A DNA stretch of 64,000 bases from assembly GCA_964019425.1 (NCBI GenBank), contig OZ025784.1, positions 62,001-126,000 of the forward strand. The letters run 5' to 3'. Made by a program: the position numbers and the translations under genes. The stretch is from Flectonema sp. DT1601 (Eukaryota). Under the pieces are notes generated by a model. It searched no databases and was not told the origin of the DNA. It saw only the letters and a program-made list of their open reading frames with translations. Of this stretch, positions 25,604 through 34,827 are shown one piece after another (position 1 is the stretch's first letter; every line of letters begins with the position of its first letter).

Positions 25604-25669
25604 GATTTCTCCAACTTCCACTCCCAAGCCCGTCAGTTGGGCGAAGATCAGCTCATCGATCTCAGCCAT
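25550..25669 (-). pseudogene. Truncated CCDC22 5' copy (22 codons) fused to junction DNA; 39-aa ORF
   Basis: MAEIDELIFAQLTGLGVEVGEI is identical to the CCDC22 start, then reads into the junction element and stops at TAG 25550-25552. Confidence 0.8.
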
Positions 25670-28600
25670 TTTATTATCGTTTTGGTTTCTTACTTATGAA
25701 AAGAAATTAGAGTGACAGATGTATAAAAAACTAACAAGTTCAAAACAATAAAAGGCTAACCTTTTTTTTTTTAGTAGATCAAATGATAAAAAAAAGGAAA
25801 AAGAACAACAGTCAGGCAGAAGAGAGTTAAAGCCGATTGCTTGAAGGAAGTAAGATAAGGAAGTAAGAAAGAAAAATGTTTTTTTTTTTTTTTTTTTTTT
25901 TTTCCCCCTTTAAAAGCACTAAATAATTGATCCAGGATTCCATTTGTATTTATTTATCATAAAAAATAAATTCATAACAGACTCCCTTCGAATAACAATC
26001 ACTCAGGGTCGCTGTCCATTCCGTTCCACACTCGCAGGGGGGGGAATGCATAGCCAGCGACAACATGAATGCTTTAAAAAAAAGAGGAAAAAAAAGAGAG
26101 ACGACATACAAAAAAAAACCATAAGGTCTGTTCTGTTCATTGCGTTATGACATTTTTTTTCTTTTTTTATAAAAATACCGAAAAAAAAACAGAAAATGAA
26201 AAAACTAATACGAAAGGAAGAATGTTGCAAGGCGACACGAACGCTCCAGAAAAAAAGAGAAAAGACGAACGGGGTGATCGCTACCTTTAATGCTGCTCAC
26301 CACCAGAGTTTACTTGTTCTAATCAGCAGTCGTTTATCGGAACTCACCAGGACAGTAGATAAAAGACCTCCACTACACCTGCGTATTGTGCATCACTCAT
26401 AACAGTAGTCAGTTAGTATCATTAATTTTAGAATAGAAAAGTGAGAATAAGAAAAGTAGAGATTAGTAAAAGAAAAGTATTCATTTCTACGGTTTCCTAA
26501 CATCAAAAGGGTAATAGAATATGTAGGTTCAGGAGACTTAATCTTATACTACTCGTCCCTTTTTAGTCCTTCATCAGTAAGTTCTAAGGGACTTCATTCC
26601 ATGTTGTAAATAACAGTAGTTAGAATATGAGTTTATTATAAAAAAGTGCACTAAATTAAAATATAAAAAAAAAAAATAAAAAAATTATAAAAACACATTG
26701 TTCTGCTGTTCCATAATACACTGTGGAATACGTAGTTTCAGGCCTTGGTTAGTTAGCGAGTCCGACATACCATCGAGTACTGGTTAGATGGACACAACAG
26801 GGTGGTTGACCACCTGTGAGTCCCCAAATACTACGACATTATGTCGAACCTAATCCCTGAGAGGATCACTTTTTAGTAAACTACGTAACATCATTTACAA
26901 TGTGGAAAAAAAAAAAAAAAAAAAAAAAAATGAGGGAAAAAAATATTTTTTGAATTAAAACAACATAGCTGTGTGCCATGTGCGACAAAAGTTGAAAAAA
27001 AAAAAAAAAAAAAATCACAAAAACAGTAAAAGTAATCGGAGATTTAAAATATATAATGATATTCCTCTCTTTTAATGAGATCAAGATAACTGAACTCCAG
27101 TAATGGGGAACACATTATTAAATAAATCAACAAAAAACCCGACAAAACAAGAACCACTCTGATGTTAAAATTCAACTTTGTACAGATAAATTATAGTGCA
27201 ATAAAATATAATAAAAGAAAAAAAGAGATAAAAGAAAGTCCCACAGCCAATTGGTAGCAACGACGGGCGGTGTGTACAAATGACAGGGACGTAATCAGTG
27301 CAAAAAAAAAGAAAATAATAAGTATTTTGAGAAAGGCTAATCTTCGCTATTAACAGTCGCTGTTTCACAGTTGGTTCGTCTATATTCAACCAGTTTGTCG
27401 GAGTCTTCGATTTTAACAACCCCAACGCAAACTAAAATCAAATACCCGTTAACAACAATATAAAAAATACAAAAAATCGCAAACACAACCCAAACATACC
27501 ACTCACTAGGAAGGTCAAAAGCAACCTGAATAATCGCATAAATATTTGACACCAAAACCAGAAGGGAAATTATTAAAACAAGTAAAGCTGTCCATCCTTT
27601 GGTAGCCCATTGCTTACAACGTGATGTTGACATAGCGAAATATAGAGCTGGAAGCATTGCGAATGGAAGTTGAATACTTTGAGCAACATTAAGCCATTCG
27701 TTTAGGTTGTCCATTCCTGAGGGATTTCCGGGTGTTTCGATAGCCACGATCAACGCAGGAATTAATGAGAAAGTTCTCGAAATAAAAGTCCTAGTCGCAG
27801 GTTTTACCCTCAAATCCAAGAACCCTTCCATAATAAACTGACCTGCATAGGTACCAGTGATTGTTGATGCTTGCCCAGCCGCTAGCACTCCAAGAGCCCA
27901 TATGTATTTCCACCATTCTGCACTATAAACCGCCTCCAGACAAGCTCCAGCAGAAAGAAGTCCAATTTGGTCCGTGCCGCTATCGCCCTTTGGTGTTATT
28001 GGATTGCCTTCGTAATAACAAACTGGATGACCTTCGCTGTCAAAGTAATCTAAATTCGCAAACACCGCTACGACAAATAAATTTATTATAAAAGAAATTA
28101 ACAATGCAATCGTTGACTCTACTTTGTTGTAAAAAACTGCTTCTGAAATATGATATTCAGCCTTTCTTTCATTAGAAGTAAAATCTCTATCAATTTTTCT
28201 AGAAAGAACAAGAGCAGAATGCAAAAATAAATTATGAGGCATGATGATAGCACCAATGAGACCAACAGCTGATTGAAAGGAGTCGTTGTCTGTAATTCTG
28301 GGTTCTGCCCATCCTCTGAATAATTCACCCTGTGGAGGTAGACTGCTGAAATATTGAAATCCAAAAGTCACGACCATCGTTGAAATAAAAACACCAAAGA
28401 GAGCCTCAAGCTTCCTCATACCACTTCTGTCTAATAACATAAACGCAAAGCAATCAGCTGCTGTGATGAGACAACCAGCGTAGATTGGAATTCTATCCCC
28501 GCTTAGAATCTTTATTGCTATGGCTGATCCAACTACTTCTTGACAATCAGCACATATCAATGCCACTTCAGTCATTAACCATAAAGTGTATCGAATTGGT

Positions 28601-29149
28601 TTTGGAAAAGCAGTGCAATGCTGAGCTAGATGCTTTCCCGATACGACACCTAATTTTGATACGAGACTCTGAAGAACGAGTCCCATTATTGTAGCCCAGA
28701 ATAGCACTCCGAGTAAGTCGTACTTTGTTGAAGCTCCAGCCTGTAAATCAGCTTCCAAATTCCCAGGATCGAGATAGGCGATACTCATTAGGAATCCAGG
28801 TCCAGTAAACATCCATAGCTTCCTCCATGAGAATTTTAATGTTCCGTTTTCAATGAAATAATCAAATCCAGTTCCTTTGCTTATCTGACTTCCTTCCTCA
28901 GCGTCATCATATTCGTCTTCCGAATTCGGATCGACAAATTGATTGTTTTTAAAAGGTGCGTCATCGTATCCCATGTTGTTAACGGTGTTGGGTAATTACC
29001 TTTTTGAAAAATTAATTTAAAAAAAAAAACAGAAACTGATGAGAGTCAAAACCTATTTTTTTTTTTTTTTCAAACGCAAAACCATCGCCTACTTGCGTAA
29101 ATAGAAAGCAAACCCTCGTGAGCACGGCCTGGATATGGTCGTCGAAAAA
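25605..29149. repeat. Segmental tandem duplication, copy 2
   Basis: Near-identical to 21986-25530; about 10 visible differences, all intergenic. Confidence 0.97.
27337..28974 (-). CDS. NRAMP: NRAMP/SLC11 divalent metal transporter, copy 2 (identical protein)
   Basis: Same 545-aa translation as 23718-25355. Confidence 0.97.
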   Translation of the reverse strand: MGYDDAPFKNNQFVDPNSEDEYDDAEEGSQISKGTGFDYFIENGTLKFSWRKLWMFTGPGFLMSIAYLDPGNLEADLQAGASTKYDLLGVLFWATIMGLVLQSLVSKLGVVSGKHLAQHCTAFPKPIRYTLWLMTEVALICADCQEVVGSAIAIKILSGDRIPIYAGCLITAADCFAFMLLDRSGMRKLEALFGVFISTMVVTFGFQYFSSLPPQGELFRGWAEPRITDNDSFQSAVGLIGAIIMPHNLFLHSALVLSRKIDRDFTSNERKAEYHISEAVFYNKVESTIALLISFIINLFVVAVFANLDYFDSEGHPVCYYEGNPITPKGDSGTDQIGLLSAGACLEAVYSAEWWKYIWALGVLAAGQASTITGTYAGQFIMEGFLDLRVKPATRTFISRTFSLIPALIVAIETPGNPSGMDNLNEWLNVAQSIQLPFAMLPALYFAMSTSRCKQWATKGWTALLVLIISLLVLVSNIYAIIQVAFDLPSEWYVWVVFAIFCIFYIVVNGYLILVCVGVVKIEDSDKLVEYRRTNCETATVNSED

Positions 29150-29377
29150 AAAGAAGGGGAGAAAAAAAAAAAAAAATGAGGCAAGCAAGTCCAAGGTTCT
29201 TCCCAGAACACCTCCGGGTGTGAGTGAATATGGTCGCGTTCAGACGCCTCGTTTTTTGATATTTTCTTTACTATTTATCACTTCAAAGATGCCTACAGAG
29301 AGGCTTCCAGTCGTTATTCCGAGCTCAGCAAAGGTGAAGGGGGGTTGGTGGACTTGTTCTATGTCTTTTTTTTTTAT

Positions 29378-29414
<37 letters not shown>

Positions 29415-29660
29415 CCCGAATTCCTCTTCTTTTTGCGCTCCTTCGACGTGAGGGAATAAGGAGTCACAGAAAGATTTGAATTCCTTTTTTTTTTTTTTTT
29501 TTCTGTTCTCAATCACATGCCTACAAAGAAGCAAAATCAAAAAATAAAAAGTAAAACAGTAGAACAAAAATATCTTTTTTTCAATAAAAAGTAAAATGGG
29601 GATGGAGGTGGTGGCATCTTACAAAAGTTACTAACTACCCCAAAAATCTAAGAAAAGTTC

Positions 29661-30499
29661 CTACTTACTTTTCTTTGTTGGGGAACGGGAGCTTGGTCTC
29701 TTCTGGTGAGCAGCAGAGATGTAGCTGTAGTCAACACCGTCAACTGAGTCTGTTCCGACTTCGTGAGCTGGAGCAGCGCTTACCTGTCTCTTGGTGATAG
29801 TGGTCTTCTTTCCTCCCTTGAAGTTGTTGTAGGCAAGGGCAGTGATTGAGATGATGATGATGGCCAAGAACATTGACTGGGCATCAAACAAAGATGATCC
29901 ATCGTTAACCATGATGGTACCGTTGAATGCGGTCTCAGATGCTCTCTCGTTCTCTTCCTCAGACATGAAGTAAACCTGAAGGATAAGGTTGTGGGCCTTT
30001 GGGTCAAGTTCCTTCCACGGCTGGAACTTGTAAACCATCGAGACAGACTCTCCCTGGTTAACAGTTCTGTTTACGAACATACCAGTGAGGTTCTGGGAGA
30101 TTTCGTTAGCCTGTTTTTATATTTATATTTTTACACCCAAGTAATTCTTCAACATTCCTCACAACAAACACATACGTTGTTAGCGTTGGCCAAGTGAGCG
30201 TTGATAAACTCAATCTGGAAGGTGGTGTCGGCAGAGTTTTCAAAGTTTACAAGAGCCTGTTTTATTTTATTTTATTGTTTTTTTCACACCAAACAAAACA
30301 CTAAAAGATTACTTACCTTGGCCTCCTGTCCAGCAGTAACCTGGATATCATGAGGTTGACCAGGGAAGATGGTCTTAACAGTGATTCCCTGGATCTTACG
30401 GTCCTCGTCAGCATCTTCATCATCAGCATCTTCACTTCTAACAACAGAGAAGCAGACAGCCAACACCAATGCAACCCAAGTCAATTTTTGAAAATCCAT
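29661..30499 (-). CDS. SSR1: Translocon-associated protein alpha (TRAP-alpha), 3 exons
   Basis: Signal peptide, acidic stretch, lumenal beta domain (ALVNFEN...SQNLT...YKFQP...AFNGTI), one TM helix and a DYSYI tail. Introns 30257-30316 and 30111-30175 join the ORFs in frame. Confidence 0.85.
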
Positions 30500-30662
30500 T
30501 TTTCTAGAAATAATAAGCCGCGTAAAGGGGAGGGGCTAATGAGAATCTGAATGAAACAAAAAAAAAATTATATCATCACGAGAGTCACAAACAACAGAAA
30601 TCTCCACAAGTTGTTGCACAGAAGTACAACAAAAAGTCGTCTTTTGTCGTAAATATAAATTA

Positions 30663-31115
30663 TTAGCTCAAACTGCTGACATACCCCTGGACTGGATACA
30701 ATCTAAGAAGTCGTATTGTTGATGAGATGAGTTCTCTGTCGTGAATTTGAGACTTCTGACGGTAAACCGATGAAGTTGTGTTGTGTTTTAAAGTCATCAT
30801 TCTCCTGGAGTTGAGTACCAATTGTTGGTAGTCTCTTTCAGCAGCTTCTCTCTTTGATTTCCTCGTTTTCATTTTTGAAACGACATCATCAAGTGGAGCA
30901 ACTTTCGTATCCCTCCAATCTTTCTTTCGTTTCTTTCTAAAATCAAACCAATCAATCATTTCCCGAAATTCATTATTTCTTAATTTTTTATGATTCGGTT
31001 TTTTTGGTGTGAACCATTCCCTCTTTGATCGTTTTTCTGACAACAACGACTCACTACCACTCCTCAAAGTTAAGACTGCTGAGTACGCGCTGGATGGCCT
31101 GACTGGTGTTTGCAT
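30663..31115 (-). CDS. Hypothetical basic protein (~150 aa)
   Basis: Open frame from MQTPVRPSSAYS, preceded by a U-rich tract + AG near 31136. The upstream part of the listed ORF is intergenic poly-T/A translation. Confidence 0.5.
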   Translation of the reverse strand: MQTPVRPSSAYSAVLTLRSGSESLLSEKRSKREWFTPKKPNHKKLRNNEFREMIDWFDFRKKRKKDWRDTKVAPLDDVVSKMKTRKSKREAAERDYQQLVLNSRRMMTLKHNTTSSVYRQKSQIHDRELISSTIRLLRLYPVQGYVSSLS

Positions 31116-31234
31116 TAGATGACCATGGTTGATTCCTATTTTAATAAAAATAATAATAAATTGTTTTGAAAAAAAACACAACAAAAAAAAACAACAGACT
31201 CGTTTTAGAGTACGCTCTACGAAGGTAATTATTT

Positions 31235-31801
31235 TCACATATTTTGTATTTCGTGTTTTCCGTTTTTCAAAGCTTTCCAAGCAGCACTTCCAACGTCAAG
31301 TCGGAAGTGTTCTTCTTCGAAAACAGCAACAGTTCTTTGATGGTGGAATCCCAGCTTTTGAGTGAATAGGTTTATCGATGATAAGTTTTTTTGAAGTATC
31401 TTAGCTGTGAATTTTGTTATACCTGAAACATACTCTTGCGCGTACAGCATGAGACCAGTTACAGCTTCCTGAGCGTATCCTTTGCGACGAGCTGATGGCT
31501 CAGCAATCATGACTTCAGCTTCTGCTTCACCATTCTCACAACTATCTATTAGAAAGATGTTGCAATCTCCTATTGGTCTTTTTTCATTATCATTCTCAAG
31601 TATGATGAATGTCATTTTATCTCCGCTTTCTAACCATTCTCGTTGGTTTATTATTTCTTCTTCTAGTGATAAGGGATCACTGCAAGTCAAGTCTTGCAGC
31701 TCTCCATCACTCATCCATCTATGATAGACATCAACGTATTCTCTAAGGTATGGAACAAGTGTTATTCTATCCCTTTTGATTATTATTTTAGAATTGTTCA
31801 T
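31235..31801 (-). CDS. NAT9: N-acetyltransferase 9-like GNAT
   Basis: LVPY...YHRWM...LTCSDPLSLEEE...DKMTFII...IGDCNIF...EVMIAEPSARRKG. Confidence 0.9.
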   Translation of the reverse strand: MNNSKIIIKRDRITLVPYLREYVDVYHRWMSDGELQDLTCSDPLSLEEEIINQREWLESGDKMTFIILENDNEKRPIGDCNIFLIDSCENGEAEAEVMIAEPSARRKGYAQEAVTGLMLYAQEYVSGITKFTAKILQKNLSSINLFTQKLGFHHQRTVAVFEEEHFRLDVGSAAWKALKNGKHEIQNM

Positions 31802-31826
31802 TTTTTTTTTTTTTTCTGACTCCTGC

Positions 31827-31842
31827 CTGTAGAAAAAGAAAA
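31827..31842 (-). promoter_or_regulatory. Putative SL trans-splice acceptor
   Basis: Minus strand TTTTCTTTTTCTACAG, 25 nt upstream of the NAT9 ATG. Confidence 0.5.
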
Positions 31843-31901
31843 CTCAGAGTGAAGTTAGTAAATAAAAAGAAAAAAAAAAGAACGATTCTAATAAAATATA
31901 T

Positions 31902-33917
31902 CTAACAGTTTTCTGGGATTCCCCATTTCTCAAGTGAATTACTATTTGAGGTATATGAAATACATATCTCAGATCCTTCGTTGATATCTTCTGATGTGAT
32001 TACCCCAACAGCGACCTCACCGAATGTTGGCGAGATAACTGAAACAACAGAAGCAGTTGGAGAAGACGAGTGGTTGAACATTGACACTGCAGGATACAAC
32101 ATGTTACTCACAGAGTCATTCAAACCCTGCTCTCCAAAGCTGTTGTAGGATATTATTTTACGAAGACGATTGGAATCTTCCCAAGATGTCGGCCGAACAA
32201 TCTCTTGCGCCTTCTCAAATGAAAAACAGTATCTCAAATCATTAAACGTCGGTGATGAGTTTTGAAGATTATCTCCGAAATATAAATTTTTTGAAATCCT
32301 GGAAATTTCTCCATCTTGTGACACAGAAAATGATAATTTACCAACAAGATCGAGTGCACAGCCATCAATACAGAGTTTTTCATTATCATTTTGAGAAGTA
32401 ACGCTCTTCGATTCTTTATTCGTCGTCGTAGATGAAACAAGCGATCGATCTATAAGTATAATGGTTTGTTTCTTTATAAACTTTTTAGCGATAACTCCAC
32501 GACCCTTGTCTTGACTGTTTTTACCAACAAATATACTCGATGAATTCCATTGTGGAAATAATACTTTTGTTTGTTGCAAATCAGTTTCAGGACAGGAAAA
32601 GATGACCTGATTATCTTTGATGGCGTAATGTGTTCCTAATTGAGGTCCGTTGTCTCGTAAATCTTTTGAATACAACATCGTCTTTCTCAGATTATCAAAC
32701 GGAGATATCTGACTGCTGCTACAATATTGATACGCAACATCAATAACAGATTTCGCAGACTCGAAATCACAAACAGCAGTAAACGACAACGCCAATCTAT
32801 ATAACACACGTTGAGACTTATCACATCTAAATTTCAAATCTGAAAACAATCCAAGCGACTCAAGACAGTAATAAATCGCATGACTATACAGCGACAGCTG
32901 TACTGCACACAAAGACATATTTGATAACATCGATTGAGCTATTTCTCTCACTCCAGATTCAACATTATTTTTAACTACAAAAGCATCAGATAACCGTTTC
33001 CAACAAAAATTAAAATCACCATAACAAGTCGACAACAACTGAGAATATCTAGTTAGTGCAAGACGGTATTCCTTTCTACCAGAAGTTATTAGTTTATTTA
33101 TGTCAGTCTTAGTGGTGTTGAGATCTGAAATACTTTTTGAGAGTTGAATTACAACATCTGATGAGTTTTCAACTCGCAAACCAACTCTACCATTTCTAAA
33201 GACTTTATAATAAGGTTCAAGTATAGTGAGGACCGTTCCTATTGGGTAGAGTTGTCTAGCGTCTTCTGTTGAAACATCTGAGCTGGTTAGTTGATTGTAG
33301 AAAGCTACTTCAATTATGTCACCTTTTGAATCTTTGAGCACTGCCTGAATACTCGCGACACCAACTGCATCAACAGAAACAGTTCCAGTAAATTTACATC
33401 CCCTCATCATTTTAAACAATTGAAGCTCACTGACAGTAACATCTCGAAGTGTTGTCGTTGTGGTATTTCTACTCTGAGGACGTGTGTTAGAGTTGAACGT
33501 CTGCTTGTGTTTAGTCTGAGATTGAGATCGAAGCATTGCAGCATTGTGTTTATATTCTAACTTAAGATCTGAAAGAGAAGGTCGAACAGCTATTTGTTTT
33601 AAATAGTTTTGAGCAGATATAATAACAGTTTCTGTTGGAGGCATCTTACAACAGATTGCATTGCCAAGAGACTTTGAAATTGGATGTGATGTGTTTCCCT
33701 GCTGTTTTAATAATTCCAAAGCTTTGTCTTTCTCATGTTGTTTTTCCAGTTCTGATAATTCTGTTGTCATTACCCTCTCGTAGACACCTCTGATTCCAGA
33801 CTCAATCGTTTTTAAAAATTCATTTTTTTCAACATCAGTTTCACAGCTGTCGAAGGCATCCTTCCCTGCATCAGAACAATACTTACAAAACACATCGTAA
33901 TACGCATGTGATTGCAT
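31902..33917 (-). CDS. TPR + split SET domain lysine methyltransferase (SMYD-like)
   Basis: KGRGVIAKKFI, SMFNHSSSP and EDINEGSEICISY SET motifs; central TPR-like helices (LSNMSLCAVQL...YRLALSF). Confidence 0.8.
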   Translation of the reverse strand: MQSHAYYDVFCKYCSDAGKDAFDSCETDVEKNEFLKTIESGIRGVYERVMTTELSELEKQHEKDKALELLKQQGNTSHPISKSLGNAICCKMPPTETVIISAQNYLKQIAVRPSLSDLKLEYKHNAAMLRSQSQTKHKQTFNSNTRPQSRNTTTTTLRDVTVSELQLFKMMRGCKFTGTVSVDAVGVASIQAVLKDSKGDIIEVAFYNQLTSSDVSTEDARQLYPIGTVLTILEPYYKVFRNGRVGLRVENSSDVVIQLSKSISDLNTTKTDINKLITSGRKEYRLALTRYSQLLSTCYGDFNFCWKRLSDAFVVKNNVESGVREIAQSMLSNMSLCAVQLSLYSHAIYYCLESLGLFSDLKFRCDKSQRVLYRLALSFTAVCDFESAKSVIDVAYQYCSSSQISPFDNLRKTMLYSKDLRDNGPQLGTHYAIKDNQVIFSCPETDLQQTKVLFPQWNSSSIFVGKNSQDKGRGVIAKKFIKKQTIILIDRSLVSSTTTNKESKSVTSQNDNEKLCIDGCALDLVGKLSFSVSQDGEISRISKNLYFGDNLQNSSPTFNDLRYCFSFEKAQEIVRPTSWEDSNRLRKIISYNSFGEQGLNDSVSNMLYPAVSMFNHSSSPTASVVSVISPTFGEVAVGVITSEDINEGSEICISYTSNSNSLEKWGIPENC

Positions 33918-34239
33918 TATTATTTTTTTTTATTATTATTGTGTGAGATACTAATTAAAAGAAACAATGTTTTTGAAAAGCAACACCCTGGGTAAACTGT
34001 AGAGTGGTACTCGAACCTCGGAAGAGGCTCCCCGGTAGTCAGCACAGCCGGGGGGATGGGAAGGTGGGAATTAAATTCATAATAGGCCTCAACCATTCTT
34101 TATTTTGTATCACAAACTACAGCAGAATGAACATAAAGAGAGAGGTAGAGTTGCAAACACAAAGCTACAATGGAAATGGACAACGCCCGCAAATTTGACA
34201 CATTAAAAGTCATAATAAACCTCAACCACTCGCCGTGTG

Positions 34240-34445
34240 ATCATTGACTACGATACCTCTCTATCCCTTCAACGAAGTATCGACAACAATACTCGCAACG
34301 ATCCAACCCCGCAGCTCACTCACAACCGAACGTGGAACAACCACCCGATCCTCAACCATCACACCCTTATTCAGTCCGTTAGACAGCCCGAGTAGTCGCT
34401 GCATCTCATCCAGAACGAAAGTAATGTTAGTATCGCAAACACTCT
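34240..34445 (-). mobile_element. Possible degenerate retroelement relic (DIRS/VIPER/TATE-like RT-RNase H junction)
   Basis: Minus-strand reading ...VVPRSVVSELRGW...IVVDTSLKG*RGIVV resembles the RNase H motif hhTDASxxGWGah with TGG changed to TAG. The segment is more GC-rich than its flanks. Confidence 0.3.
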
Positions 34446-34827
34446 GTAAATATCGTAAAAAGAACTGCTACATTATAATTAACACTTCTAACTCATCTAT
34501 GCGAACATGTCTCAATTTTCTCGTAAAAAAGAAAAAGAAATATTATTCATAAAATGTGTTTTACAAAAGAATAGTTTTTTTTTATTTTTTTCTATTTTTC
34601 TTATTCTCCTCAGAAAAGATAAGGTTAGTAGCAGCGGCAACGATTTAGATAAAAAATAAGAATTTTTTAACCACTACTTTTTTAAACAATCTTGACTGTC
34701 AGCGGGCTAGGTGGCAACGAGTAAGAGAGAGATAACAAAAATACTAAATAAAAAAAAATCAAAACAAGGGTAAGGACACTAACTCATCTATAAAAAAAAA
34801 AAAGAATATCGATCGTTATTGTTATTG

